Assembly (NCBI GenBank): GCA_937922735.1
Contig: CALAJL010000120.1
Span: 1-49,764, forward strand
Origin: an uncultured Gammaproteobacteria bacterium
GTDB taxonomy: Bacteria; Pseudomonadota; Gammaproteobacteria; UBA4575
Direction of reading: 5' to 3'
DNA: 49,764 bases
The position numbers and the translations under genes are program-made. A model generated the notes under the pieces. The model saw only the letters and a program-made list of their open reading frames with translations, had not been told where the DNA came from and searched no databases. Below, one piece after another: positions 33,835 through 43,289 of this stretch (positions are counted from its first letter, which is position 1; each line of letters starts with the position of its first letter).

Positions 33835-34698
33835 ATGAGTTGGTTAGAGAAGTTAATGCCTTCGCGAATTCGTACCGAAGGTACGAGTAAGCGAAAAGTG
33901 CCTGAAGGCTTATGGGATAAATGCCCGAGCTGTGGTGCAGTATTATATCGTTCTGATCTTGAGCGGAATTTACAAGTATGCCCTAAATGTAATCATCATA
34001 TGAGAATTGGTGCGCGTGAGCGACTACTAGCATTTCTTGATACTGATTCACAAGAAGAATTATCAGCCAACATAGAGTCTGTTGATTTTTTAAAGTTTAA
34101 AGACAGTAAAAAATATAAAGACCGCATTGTAGCCGCCCAAAAAGCAACTGGTGAAAAAGATGCCTTAGTGGTAATGAAAGGTGAGTTAAAAAAACTATCA
34201 ATAGTTGCTGTTGCTTTTGAGTTTAAATTTATCGGTGGTTCAATGGGGTCTGTGGTTGGAGAGAAATTTTTGCGAGCGGCAAAATATGCGCTGAGTGATG
34301 GTGTCCCATTGGTTTGTTTCTCAACTAGTGGTGGCGCACGAATGCAAGAGGCCTTGACGTCATTGTTTCAAATGAGCAAAACAAGTGCTGCGCTAGAGCG
34401 AATGCGTGAGCAAGGTATACCGTTTATTTCTGTGCTTACTGATCCAACCACTGGTGGTGTGTCTGCAAGTTTTGCAATGTTGGGTGATCTTAATATTGCT
34501 GAACCCAACGCGTTGATTGGTTTTGCAGGCCAAAGAGTGATTGAGCAAACGGTTCGTGAAACATTGCCAGAAGGTTTCCAAAGAAGCGAATTTTTACTTG
34601 AGCACGGTGCGCTCGATATGATTGTAGATAGAAAAGAAATGCGTGACAAATTGCATTCTATTCTTAGTATCCTTATGAATGTAAAAATAGAAAGCTAG
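33835..34698 (+). CDS. accD: Acetyl-CoA carboxylase carboxyltransferase beta subunit
   Basis: 287 aa. N-terminal Zn-ribbon CPSCGAVLY...CPKCNHH and [11 protein letters not shown] / SGGARMQE motifs. Confidence 0.93.
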   Translation: MSWLEKLMPSRIRTEGTSKRKVPEGLWDKCPSCGAVLYRSDLERNLQVCPKCNHHMRIGARERLLAFLDTDSQEELSANIESVDFLKFKDSKKYKDRIVAAQKATGEKDALVVMKGELKKLSIVAVAFEFKFIGGSMGSVVGEKFLRAAKYALSDGVPLVCFSTSGGARMQEALTSLFQMSKTSAALERMREQGIPFISVLTDPTTGGVSASFAMLGDLNIAEPNALIGFAGQRVIEQTVRETLPEGFQRSEFLLEHGALDMIVDRKEMRDKLHSILSILMNVKIES

Positions 34699-34790
34699 AA
34701 AATCTATAAATATAATATTCATTCTTTAATTGAATGGATTAGCCGTAACTACTTTTTTACTAACAATTCTAATTTATTTCATCCCTTGTT

Positions 34791-36056
34791 ATGAGATTCG
34801 AACATCTAAATGAATGGCTGGATTGGCAAGAGACTTTGCACTCAAAAAAAATTGAGTTAGGTCTAGAACGCATTGCCGAAGTGGCAAATGTTATGGGGGT
34901 GGATAAACCTATATATAAAACCATTGTTGTGGCTGGAACAAATGGTAAAGGGTCTATCGTTAGCACATTAGAATCTATTTATCATCATGCAGGCTATCGA
35001 GTGGGTGCTTATACCTCTCCGCATTTACTTCAATATAATGAACGAATACGAGTAAATTGTAAGAATATTGATGATGAGTCTTTATGTAATGCATTTAACA
35101 AAGTTGATGAAGCACGTAATAATACAAGTCTTAGTTATTTTGAATTTGGCACGCTTGCAGCTATGGAAATATTCAATGCTGCAGAGTTAGATGTTGCAAT
35201 TTATGAAGTCGGTTTGGGTGGGCGACTTGATGCAGTGAATATATTGGATTCGGATGTTGCGATAGTTTCCAGTATTGGGATTGACCATGTTCAATGGTTA
35301 GGTGCAACAAGAGAGCTAATTGGCTTTGAGAAAGCCGGTGTATTTAGAGCTGGCCATTCCGCTATTTGTGGTGACACTGCCCCTCCTGATAGCTTAATCC
35401 AACATGCAAAAAAACTCGGTACAGATTTATTGCTGATCAATCAAGACTATTCTTTTGAAATTAACAATGATGAAATGTGGTCGTTTCACAGTGAGAATCT
35501 AGATTGGAATGAATTGCCAACTCCAAATTTACATGGAGAAGTCCAAATTGGTAATGCCGCAACAGCGTTAATGGCGTTGAGTCAAATAGATGAAAAGTTG
35601 CCGGTTACACGAGAATGTGTAGAACGTGGTTTGAAGAATATTAGTCTTCCTGGCCGTTTTCAGCGTATTCATAGTATGTGTGAAATCATTTTAGATGTCG
35701 CACATAACTTAGATAGTGCAAATGTGTTAGCAAAAAATCTGCGTAGCTTAACGCCTGCAACCAAAACCATAGCCGTATTTGCGGTGTTATCTGATAAAGA
35801 TGTATGTGGAATTATTGAATCTGTCGGCGGTTTATTTGATGAGTGGCATATTTCTCAATTAGAGTCTGAGAGAACACTAGATAAAGAAAGCTTGAAAAAG
35901 CAGCTTGATAATTGTTGTCATGATTGTGTTATATATACGCATTCCTCCATCGCTGAAGCTTATAATACTGCTAAAAATACGGCTAGCGAGTCAATGCGAA
36001 TTGTGGTTTTTGGATCATTTTTAACAGTGGCAGAAGTGCTAAGCCTAGAAGTATAA
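34791..36056 (+). CDS. folC: Bifunctional folylpolyglutamate synthase / dihydrofolate synthase
   Basis: 421 aa. VAGTNGKGS P-loop, YEVGLGGRLDAVN and the Mur-ligase architecture. The accD-folC context fits. Confidence 0.9.
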   Translation: MRFEHLNEWLDWQETLHSKKIELGLERIAEVANVMGVDKPIYKTIVVAGTNGKGSIVSTLESIYHHAGYRVGAYTSPHLLQYNERIRVNCKNIDDESLCNAFNKVDEARNNTSLSYFEFGTLAAMEIFNAAELDVAIYEVGLGGRLDAVNILDSDVAIVSSIGIDHVQWLGATRELIGFEKAGVFRAGHSAICGDTAPPDSLIQHAKKLGTDLLLINQDYSFEINNDEMWSFHSENLDWNELPTPNLHGEVQIGNAATALMALSQIDEKLPVTRECVERGLKNISLPGRFQRIHSMCEIILDVAHNLDSANVLAKNLRSLTPATKTIAVFAVLSDKDVCGIIESVGGLFDEWHISQLESERTLDKESLKKQLDNCCHDCVIYTHSSIAEAYNTAKNTASESMRIVVFGSFLTVAEVLSLEV

Positions 36057-36141
36057 TTCATCTATCTCGCGTCAGTTCGGTATAGAAACTGATTGATTAA
36101 TCAGAGGTCTAAAAGGCTTCAAAATCAAAAAAAATAGCACT

Positions 36142-36750
36142 ATGGAAACTACTTTAAAACAACGTTTAATCGGTGCTGCTGTTATTATTGCCCTAGCGGT
36201 CATCTTTGTGCCAATGATATTAGATGGTTCAGGTAGGCAAGAATCTGTAGCGTTAAATATGGAAGTGCCACCAGAGCCAACATTTACCTTCGAAAGCAAC
36301 TTGCCTGATCCTAAAGCTTTGGACGAATTGCCACCGATCTCAACGCCTGATTCTGAAAATACTGAATCCAAAATAGACAAAATTGAGGAAAAAGTAGAAG
36401 TTGAGATTGAAAAGAAAGCTATAGAGGTAAAAAAGAAAACCGAAGCAGCGCCCATACAGCAGGCAAAAGTTGTGGAAGCCACTGAAAATCATATTAAAAC
36501 AAACCCTGCTCTAAGTGCCTGGGCAGTACAAGTGGCGGCATTTGGCGAAAAAGGTAAAGCGTTAGCATTACAAGAGAAATTATTGGCTAGTAATTTATCA
36601 GCCTTTACAGAACGTTCCGGCAATGGTGATAAATCGGTCTTTCGAGTGAAGGTGGGTCCCGAGTTAAAGCGTGAAAATGCAGATAAATTGCGTGATAAAA
36701 TTGAAAAAGAGCATGGTTTAAAAGGAAGTTTTGTTACAAAGCATCCATAG
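36142..36750 (+). CDS. SPOR-domain cell-division protein (DedD-like)
   Basis: 202 aa. N-terminal LKQRLIGAAVIIALAVIFVPMIL anchor, a charged linker, and a C-terminal SPOR-like WAVQVAAFGEKGKALALQEKL...FRVKVGP. Confidence 0.8.
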   Translation: METTLKQRLIGAAVIIALAVIFVPMILDGSGRQESVALNMEVPPEPTFTFESNLPDPKALDELPPISTPDSENTESKIDKIEEKVEVEIEKKAIEVKKKTEAAPIQQAKVVEATENHIKTNPALSAWAVQVAAFGEKGKALALQEKLLASNLSAFTERSGNGDKSVFRVKVGPELKRENADKLRDKIEKEHGLKGSFVTKHP

Positions 36751-36820
36751 CATCAAGTTTTAGATGTGTTTCTTTTATAGTAAGGCTAAGTAAACTAGTT
36801 AATTTATTGTTACGGTATAT

Positions 36821-37387
36821 ATGGAATTATCTTGGATTGATATTGGCATCGTTTTCATCCTGTTGGTGTCTATTGCAGTTGCAATGTTTCGTGGGTTTGT
36901 GAAAGAAGCAATTTCACTTGCAAGCTGGATAGCTGCGATATGGCTTGCGATTACCTTCTCAAGTCAAGTGGCATTATTTTTGCCAGCTAGTATAGATGAC
37001 GCAACATTGAATATTTCACAAAGTGAAGTTGAAGTTAGTAAGCTACGTGTTGGCATAGCTTTTGTGCTGATAGTAATTGGAACCTTAATTGCAGGTTCGC
37101 TGCTCAATTACATACTTAGTCATATAACAAAAAACCGTGCGCTACGAGGCATAGATCGCTTGCTTGGTATATTTTTTGGGGCATTCCGTGGTACTGCGAT
37201 CATCGTGTTGCTTATCTTAGCGGCTTCCTATACAAATTTCCCATTATCAGAAACTTGGAAATCATCGCAAATTTTACCGCCGTTTGAGTTTGTAGCGAAA
37301 AGAGTGATTGAATTTATGCCGCCAGAATTTTCTAAATATTTTTCATTAGGCGGAGCAGACTTGCAAGCTTCAGCCTACCATCCCTAA
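36821..37387 (+). CDS. cvpA: Colicin V production membrane protein CvpA
   Basis: 188 aa with four TM segments. N-terminal WIDIGIVFILLVSIAVAMFRGFVKE. The conserved position upstream of purF fits. Confidence 0.85.
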   Translation: MELSWIDIGIVFILLVSIAVAMFRGFVKEAISLASWIAAIWLAITFSSQVALFLPASIDDATLNISQSEVEVSKLRVGIAFVLIVIGTLIAGSLLNYILSHITKNRALRGIDRLLGIFFGAFRGTAIIVLLILAASYTNFPLSETWKSSQILPPFEFVAKRVIEFMPPEFSKYFSLGGADLQASAYHP

Positions 37388-37405
37388 TTACGTAAGGCTT
37401 AACCC

Positions 37406-38911
37406 ATGTGTGGCATTGTAGGAATCGTTGCAAACAGCTCGGTTAATCAAGATTTATATAACGCGTTACTGATGTTGCAACATCGTGGCCAAGATGCTGC
37501 GGGTATTGTTACGTATAACAAAGGAAGACTTTTCCAGCGCAAGTCGATCGGTTTAGTTAGTGATGTGTTCCAAAGTCGCCATATGGAGCGTTTAAAAGGT
37601 ACGATGGGTATCGGGCATGTTCGATATCCAACCGCAGGTAGTTCGTCATCAGCTGAAGCTCAGCCCCTTTATGTGAATTCACCATTTGGGATTTCACTGG
37701 CACACAACGGAAACTTAGTGAATGCAAGCCAGCTCAAGAAGGAGCTATTTTTGGAAGATCGGCGTCACCTTAATACCGACTCTGATTCTGAAATATTATT
37801 AAACGTATTTGCGCATGAGTTAGCAAAACAAGATTCATTGCAATTGCGTGCAGAAGATGTTTTTGCTGCGGTGCGTGGCGTACATCGGCGATGCAAGGGT
37901 GCTTATGCTGTGGTAGCGATGCTCACGGGACGTGGCATCGTTGCATTTCGTGATCCAAATGGAATCCGTCCTCTAGTATATGGAGTGCGTGAATCTAAAC
38001 ACGGCATGGAATATATGGTGGCATCTGAAAGTGTTTCATTAGATCTGCTGGGTTATAGCTTAGTGCGTGATATATCACCCGGTGAAGCGATATTTATTAA
38101 TGAAGAAGGCAAGGTTAGTAGCGAGTTGTGTGTGGAGAATGCGGTGCATACACCTTGTATTTTCGAGTACGTATATTTTGCTAGACCCGACTCTGTAATT
38201 GAAGACGTTTTTGTGCAAAAAGCACGTATGCGTATGGGGCAATGTTTAGCAAAAAAAATTCTACACGAATGGAAAGAACATGATATTGATGTCGTTATGC
38301 CTATTCCAGATACTAGCCGGACAACGGCAATTGAAATTGCTTATTTGTTGGGTGTGAAGTATCGAGAAGGTTTTATAAAGAATCGATATATTGCACGAAC
38401 CTTTATCATGCCAGGGCAAAAGAAGCGTAAAAAATCAGTGCGACAGAAATTAAACCCTGTTGGTTTAGAATTTCGTGGAAAAAATGTTTTGCTCGTAGAT
38501 GATTCTATTGTGCGCGGCACGACTTCGCGTGAGATTGCGCAGATGGCTCGTGATGCGGGTGCTAAAAAAGTGTATTTTGCTTCAGCATCACCACCAGTTC
38601 GATACCAAAACATTTATGGTATTGATATGCCTGCGAGAAGCGAGTTGATCGCGTTCAATAGAGATGTTGATGGAATAACGAAAGAAATACAGGCTGATGG
38701 GCTAATCTATCAAGACTTAGATGATCTGATATGGTCAGTGCAACAGGGTAACTTACGTTTAGATAAGTTTGATAGTTCTGTATTTAATGGTGAATATATA
38801 ACCGGTGTTGAAGATGGTTATTTTGAAAACCTAGAAAATATGCGTAATGATAAATCCAAGCAAAAAGTTGAAAAAGAGTATGCAGGGATTGATTTGCATA
38901 ATAGTAATTAA
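37406..38911 (+). CDS. purF: Amidophosphoribosyltransferase
   Basis: 501 aa. MCGIVGI Ntn-Cys start, [11 protein letters not shown], and the PRPP-binding [14 protein letters not shown] motif. Confidence 0.95.
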   Translation: MCGIVGIVANSSVNQDLYNALLMLQHRGQDAAGIVTYNKGRLFQRKSIGLVSDVFQSRHMERLKGTMGIGHVRYPTAGSSSSAEAQPLYVNSPFGISLAHNGNLVNASQLKKELFLEDRRHLNTDSDSEILLNVFAHELAKQDSLQLRAEDVFAAVRGVHRRCKGAYAVVAMLTGRGIVAFRDPNGIRPLVYGVRESKHGMEYMVASESVSLDLLGYSLVRDISPGEAIFINEEGKVSSELCVENAVHTPCIFEYVYFARPDSVIEDVFVQKARMRMGQCLAKKILHEWKEHDIDVVMPIPDTSRTTAIEIAYLLGVKYREGFIKNRYIARTFIMPGQKKRKKSVRQKLNPVGLEFRGKNVLLVDDSIVRGTTSREIAQMARDAGAKKVYFASASPPVRYQNIYGIDMPARSELIAFNRDVDGITKEIQADGLIYQDLDDLIWSVQQGNLRLDKFDSSVFNGEYITGVEDGYFENLENMRNDKSKQKVEKEYAGIDLHNSN

Positions 38912-38922
38912 TAATCAACTTT

Positions 38923-39495
38923 ATGCTAGCGTCTAAATCAGCTGAAGAGCTGTTACCTTTATTGCAGCAAGCATGTAAAAATTTCCCTCAGCATGCAAGC
39001 TTCCCAGCTGTGATTATTAATGCCAGTGAACAAGTCTTGTATTTATATATAAATGGCTCATTTTCATGTTCTTATCCAGTTTCTACCTCTAAGCATGGGA
39101 TTGGTCAAATTGAAGGCTCCAACCAAACCCCTGCTGGAGTTCATTATGTTAAAGAAAAAATAGGGGAAGAGGCCGAGTTTGCAGAAATATTTTTATCAAG
39201 AGAGAGAACTAACACTCAAGCTCAAATAGAAAGTGAAGCGGTTTGCACTGATATAGACTGTATAACTTCAAGAATACTTTGGTTAGCTGGTTTGGAAGAT
39301 GGTGTGAATAAAGAAAAGAATGCAAGTGGTCAAATTGTAGATAGTTATGAGCGTTATATTTACATTCATGGTACACATGAAGAAGGCTTAATTGGGCAAA
39401 CTGCATCCATCGGCTGCATTCGTATGAAAAATACCGATGTTATTGATCTTTTTGGCAAGCTCTTTATTTCATCATTAGTTATCATTAAAAATTAG
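38923..39495 (+). CDS. L,D-transpeptidase (YkuD) catalytic-domain protein, no obvious signal peptide
   Basis: 190 aa. IHGTHEEGLIGQTASIGCIRMKNTDV matches the HG...SxGC(I/V)R YkuD active site. The N-terminus MLASKSAEELLPLLQQACK is not signal-like. Confidence 0.7.
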   Translation: MLASKSAEELLPLLQQACKNFPQHASFPAVIINASEQVLYLYINGSFSCSYPVSTSKHGIGQIEGSNQTPAGVHYVKEKIGEEAEFAEIFLSRERTNTQAQIESEAVCTDIDCITSRILWLAGLEDGVNKEKNASGQIVDSYERYIYIHGTHEEGLIGQTASIGCIRMKNTDVIDLFGKLFISSLVIIKN

Positions 39496-39513
39496 TATCC
39501 CTAAATTTTCAAT

Positions 39514-40308
39514 ATGATTGCCGTTTACAAAAGCGCTCTTGAATGTTTGCTGGATAAAAATCCTCAAAGTAAATGCGAATTAGTTTTTGCATTACATGCA
39601 CGGTTTGAGAACGAGAGCCTTGATTTAACCAAGTCAGATAAAATTGAAACTATTGCTGTGCCAGGTAGACCAATTAAGCCAGATCTGGTTTCGCCACGTG
39701 AAGTGCCTAGGCGTAAATTGTCTACCGAAGAAGGGCGAATTGCATTAATACATGCGATAGCACACATCGAATTTAATGCGATCAATCTAGCTTTAGATGC
39801 AATCTATCGATTTCAAGATATGCCACTTGAATATTATAAAGATTGGATGCAAGTTGCATGTGAAGAGGCGCAGCATTTTACAATGTTAAATCAGCGACTG
39901 TTGGGCTTAGGTGCAGTATATGGTGATTTAGTTGCGCATAATGGTTTATGGGAAATGGCGTTAAAAACACAGCATTGTGTTGTTACTAGGATGGCATTAG
40001 TACCACGTGTTTTAGAAGCAAGAGGCTTGGATGTTACCCCAGGAATGATTAAACGTCTGCAAGGTTGTGGAGATACAGCGACGGTTGATATCTTAAAAAT
40101 TATTTTTGAGCAGGAAATTGGTCATGTGGCAATCGGCACAAGGTGGTTTAACTATGCATGTGAACAAGAGGATCTATCACCTGATAAAAAGTTTCAAAGT
40201 TTATTGGTGGAATATATGTCAGGAGAATTACGCGGCCCTTTCGAATTAGAGGCAAGACGCAAAGCGGGGTTTAGTTCTAAAGAGCTAGAAGTTTTACAGA
40301 ATATATAG
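39514..40308 (+). CDS. DUF455-type ferritin-like di-iron protein
   Basis: 264 aa. Two ExxH boxes (CEEAQHF, EQEIGHV) plus single Glu positions (AHIEFNA, VLEARGL) give the E / ExxH / E / ExxH di-iron carboxylate pattern typical of DUF455/MiaE-like proteins. Confidence 0.65.
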   Translation: MIAVYKSALECLLDKNPQSKCELVFALHARFENESLDLTKSDKIETIAVPGRPIKPDLVSPREVPRRKLSTEEGRIALIHAIAHIEFNAINLALDAIYRFQDMPLEYYKDWMQVACEEAQHFTMLNQRLLGLGAVYGDLVAHNGLWEMALKTQHCVVTRMALVPRVLEARGLDVTPGMIKRLQGCGDTATVDILKIIFEQEIGHVAIGTRWFNYACEQEDLSPDKKFQSLLVEYMSGELRGPFELEARRKAGFSSKELEVLQNI

Positions 40309-40343
40309 GATTTTGAGAATTTATTACTTTTGAATTGAATCTA

Positions 40344-40440
40344 GGAAGCAAGGACAGTGGAATTAAATAAATAGGGAATGGAGTTGGAGAAGGAGGGTTT
40401 CACTATTTGGTAATTCCGCTGTCTTAGAATACTTGCTTCC
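40344..40440. other. Long imperfect hairpin / inverted repeat in a convergent intergenic region (candidate sRNA, MITE-like element or terminator)
   Basis: ggaagcaag-gacagtggaatta (40344-40365) pairs with taattccgctgtc (40411-40423) and cttgcttcc (40432-40440). That gives 22 bp with one G-U and an 8-nt bulge. The loop is 45 nt. Confidence 0.5.
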
Positions 40441-40674
40441 TTAGACCGGTAATTTTGCGTCCCTATTTTTCAATAGGTTTGCCTTTTCAGTAGTACTGAC
40501 TCCTCAATTCATTATTAACAAGTCAAGTATAGGATGGACGTGGTTCAATGTGTTTGAAACAGATCACATTAGTTATTCTTATATTTTGTAACGTGTTAAA
40601 TGTTTATTGGGAAATACTTTATAATTTTTCAGGTTATTCTTATTAGCCTTTATTTTAATTCTAAAATAATTCAT

Positions 40675-41397
40675 TCAAGTAGAGATTATTTCTAACTTCA
40701 TTGAATCAGGTGTGCAGCGTAAAACACTCCCTTGTTCATACCAGTCTCCAAGCACAATTCTTTTGTATGTATGGCTACTTTGGATAAATTCATGTTCCGC
40801 AGGTCGGTGGGTATGGCCATGAATTAGATGTACCACATTATGTTTCTGCATAACTCGTTCAACAGTATATTGATTAACGTCCATGATATTTTCGGCCTTG
40901 TTTTGAGTAGCCGTTTTACTTTTTTTGCGCAATCCTTCTGCAATTTTTAATCGTTGTTTAACACTTAGCATTAGCAATGGTTTCTGAATCCATGGGCTGC
41001 GTGCTTTGGAGCGATATTTTTGATAAGCGATGTCATCGGTACATAATGTATCGCCATGCATGATAAGTGTAGGTGTGCCATATAGATCAATAACAGTTTC
41101 TTCAGGTAAGATTTTGCACTGAGTTTGTTTTGAAAATCGTTTGCCAATTAGAAAGTCACGATTACCATGAATAAAATAAACTGGCACGCCGCTATTGGTC
41201 AGATCTCGTATCGCTTGGATAGCGAGTTCTAATCCTTCTGCGGGATCATCGTCACCAATCCAGTATTCAAATAAATCACCTAATATATATAGCGCATCAG
41301 CAGAAGAGCACTCACCCAGAAAACGACAAAAGGCCGCAACAATGTGCGGCCTTTTTTGGTCGAGGTGTAAGTCGGAAACAAATAAAGTTTGAGACAT
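40675..41397 (-). CDS. lpxH: UDP-2,3-diacylglucosamine diphosphatase LpxH
   Basis: 240 aa. Calcineurin-like motifs LFVSDLHL, LGDLFEYWIGDD, GNRDF and HGHTHRP. A cyclophilin gene lies upstream as in E. coli (ppiB-lpxH). Confidence 0.9.
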   Translation of the reverse strand: MSQTLFVSDLHLDQKRPHIVAAFCRFLGECSSADALYILGDLFEYWIGDDDPAEGLELAIQAIRDLTNSGVPVYFIHGNRDFLIGKRFSKQTQCKILPEETVIDLYGTPTLIMHGDTLCTDDIAYQKYRSKARSPWIQKPLLMLSVKQRLKIAEGLRKKSKTATQNKAENIMDVNQYTVERVMQKHNVVHLIHGHTHRPAEHEFIQSSHTYKRIVLGDWYEQGSVLRCTPDSMKLEIIST

Positions 41398-41424
41398 TAC
41401 TCCGTAACTTTCGTAGAAAAAGAT

Positions 41425-42003
41425 TTACTCAACGATGGTGACCTTTTCAATCACGATCGCTTCAACGGGCACATCTTGATATGGGCCTTTTGTAGTAGTT
41501 TCTACAGCTTTGATTTTTTCTACGATATCCATACCCTCTGTAACCTTACCAAATACAGCGTAGCCCCATCCTTGAGGTGTTTCACTGCTGAAGTTTAAGA
41601 AATCATTATCTTTAACATTGATAAAGAATTGTGCAGTGGCAGAATGTGGGTCGCCTGTACGAGCCATCGCTATGGTGCCATTGTCGTTTTTAAGCCCATT
41701 ATTGGCTTCATTTTCAATTGGGTCATGAACAGTTTTTTGATTCATGTCTTCAGTAAACCCGCCGCCTTGAATCATGAAGTTCGATATTACACGGTGAAAT
41801 ATTGTGCCATCATAAAATCCTTCTTTTGCATACGTTAGAAAGTTTGCCACCGTGTTAGGAGCGTTATCTGCGTCGAGTTCGAGCATGATCGTTCCTTGAT
41901 TAGTATCCATTTTTACCATTGTAGTTTCTGCCTGAATGTTAGATGTGATTGAAAATAAAAGTATGAATACTATTAGAAATATTTGCTTTCGCAGTGTATT
42001 CAT
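41425..42003 (-). CDS. ppiA: Periplasmic peptidyl-prolyl cis-trans isomerase (cyclophilin type)
   Basis: 192 aa. Signal peptide [25 protein letters not shown], then [15 protein letters not shown] and [21 protein letters not shown] cyclophilin motifs. Confidence 0.88.
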   Translation of the reverse strand: MNTLRKQIFLIVFILLFSITSNIQAETTMVKMDTNQGTIMLELDADNAPNTVANFLTYAKEGFYDGTIFHRVISNFMIQGGGFTEDMNQKTVHDPIENEANNGLKNDNGTIAMARTGDPHSATAQFFINVKDNDFLNFSSETPQGWGYAVFGKVTEGMDIVEKIKAVETTTKGPYQDVPVEAIVIEKVTIVE

Positions 42004-42155
42004 TTCGCCTCCAGTACGTTTGTGAGTGTGAATAATTCCATATATTGGTCTTTAAAACCACCCAATAGTTCATAACAGTAAATTTAGGAATATCAATAAT
42101 ATAGCTGAATCTCAATCATACGGCTGATTAAGAAGTAGACTGTACTTTAGTGGCA

Positions 42156-42185
42156 TTGACCTAGTGAATCACTAGCACGTATGAT
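42156..42185 (+). promoter_or_regulatory. Candidate sigma-70 promoter for tRNA-Pro
   Basis: TTGACC (42156-42161), an 18-nt spacer, then TATGAT (42180-42185), about 47 nt upstream of the tRNA. The spacer contains the palindrome ctagtga-a-tcactag. Confidence 0.5.
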
Positions 42186-42232
42186 CCGCAGTCGGTAGGA
42201 CCTGTTCAATACCGGTCAAATCAAAAAAATGT

Positions 42233-42309
<77 letters not shown>

Positions 42310-42328
42310 ACAAATTCAAATACTTAGA

Positions 42329-42366
42329 GAGACTAAAATTTAGAAAACACGTTTTAGTCTCTTTTT
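42329..42366 (+). terminator. Rho-independent terminator after tRNA-Pro
   Basis: 10-bp stem gagactaaaa / ttttagtctc with a 13-nt loop, followed by TTTTT. Confidence 0.65.
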
Positions 42367-42442
42367 AGTCTCCTCTTTTTTAGCCTTTATTATTATTTTT
42401 AGTCGAAAGACTTGAAATAAAAACAACTGTCCCCATCTATTA

Positions 42443-42613
42443 ATGAATGTAAAGAACAATCACAGTGATTGGGCGATAACACTATTGAAAGAAACTGCCC
42501 AAACCTGCTGGCCTAAGTGTGATGGTGATTGCCCCAAGGGTCCTCGCACATTTCGTGAAAGGAATTGTAATGATTGCAATATACTTGATCGAAGTCAGTT
42601 GGTCGGACGATGA
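42443..42613 (+). CDS. Hypothetical 56-aa Cys-rich protein (not in the ORF track)
   Basis: Hand translation gives MNVKNNHSDWAITLLKETAQTCWPKCDGDCPKGPRTFRERNCNDCNILDRSQLVGR, then TGA. It has five Cys in CxxxCxxxC...CxxC spacing. It lies inside the phage remnant and is followed by a terminator. Coding status unproven. Confidence 0.35.
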   Translation: MNVKNNHSDWAITLLKETAQTCWPKCDGDCPKGPRTFRERNCNDCNILDRSQLVGR

Positions 42614-42702
42614 AGGTTATTTCGTTCAGGTCAGTTGTTGCGTAGCAACGATTGAAACTCTGGCTTGGATGTCTTTAACTTTTGTAGTTTGACCTTGAAA
42701 AA

Positions 42703-42728
42703 AACGTACCCCTTAATTGGGGTACGTT
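42703..42728. terminator. Bidirectional rho-independent terminator
   Basis: aacgtacccc-ttaatt-ggggtacgtt forms a perfect 10-bp stem. An A-run lies on the left and a T-rich run on the right. It sits between the convergent mini-ORF and the YopX gene. Confidence 0.75.
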
Positions 42729-42732
42729 AATT

Positions 42733-43038
42733 TTAATTAAGTAGTTCTGGGTTTTCGTAGATGTTGCCGATTACTTCAGATTTATTATGAAACCGAACAG
42801 AGGTGTACCGCGGTGGTTGGTATTCAACTACCAAAACATCCCTGTTGAACTTAATAATATCTCCTTCATAGATCTCTGCATCATTTCTATCCCTTAAGCC
42901 CGTGTACATTTGCAAAAGAATTTCTGGCTCATGGTCGTCTATACTTTCCGTGTAATGCCATCCTTCATTTTCCAGGTATACGTCAGGAACCCATTCTTTC
43001 TCACTTGGTCTCCAAGCTCTAAATTTTATTTCTCGCAT
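42733..43038 (-). CDS. YopX-domain phage protein
   Basis: 101 aa. MREIKFRAW..., YTGLRDRNDAEIYEGDII and VIGNIYENPELL are the hallmark YopX motifs. Confidence 0.85.
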   Translation of the reverse strand: MREIKFRAWRPSEKEWVPDVYLENEGWHYTESIDDHEPEILLQMYTGLRDRNDAEIYEGDIIKFNRDVLVVEYQPPRYTSVRFHNKSEVIGNIYENPELLN

Positions 43039-43242
43039 ATATCATTAAGCTATCACGAGACTAAAATCTGTCCAGTAATCACCTGTGGAAAAGTCTCATT
43101 TCTGGTCTCTTTTTGGTCTCCTAAGCAGATGCGCACTTTTTTGAAAAATAAATAGAATAGAAACAATCATCTAAGGTAGAATGACCTCCTGCTCTGGCAG
43201 CAGGTGCGCAAAATAAGTTGTTGTTTCTGTTAGGCGCGTGCC

Positions 43243-43289
43243 GCTTTGGGAGCAGGGGGTCCGAGGTTCGAATCCTCGTGTCCCGACCA
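43243..43289 (+). repeat. 47-bp direct repeat, copy 2 (partial pseudo-tRNA-Pro; attR-like)
   Basis: Identical to 42263-42309. The upstream ~15 nt (ttaggcgcgtgcc) still weakly resemble the tRNA D/anticodon region. No 5' acceptor arm is present, so it is not a functional tRNA. Confidence 0.9.

Larger units (their letters stand above)
42310..43242. mobile_element. Degenerate integrated phage/island remnant in tRNA-Pro (no integrase)
   Basis: The segment is bracketed by the 47-bp tRNA-Pro 3' duplication. It carries a phage YopX-domain gene and a Cys-rich mini-ORF separated by a bidirectional terminator. No recombinase ORF is present. Confidence 0.7.

Noticed and set aside
36072-36482. 136-aa minus-strand ORF overlapping the SPOR-protein gene
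   Set aside because: It is antisense to a gene with a clear membrane anchor and SPOR domain, in conserved folC-SPOR-cvpA context. Its composition is S/I/F-rich filler.
40341-40445. Identity of the intergenic hairpin as SRP (4.5S) RNA or 6S RNA, prompted by the ggaagca...agg..cag resemblance to the SRP domain IV strand
   Set aside because: It lacks the GGAA tetraloop hairpin and the complementary conserved strand of SRP RNA. It also lacks the ~180-nt closed-stem/central-bubble layout of 6S RNA. It is kept only as an unassigned structure.
42610-42645. 11-codon ORF (MKVISFRSVVA) overlapping the stop of the Cys-rich mini-ORF
   Set aside because: It is too short and has no supporting signal.
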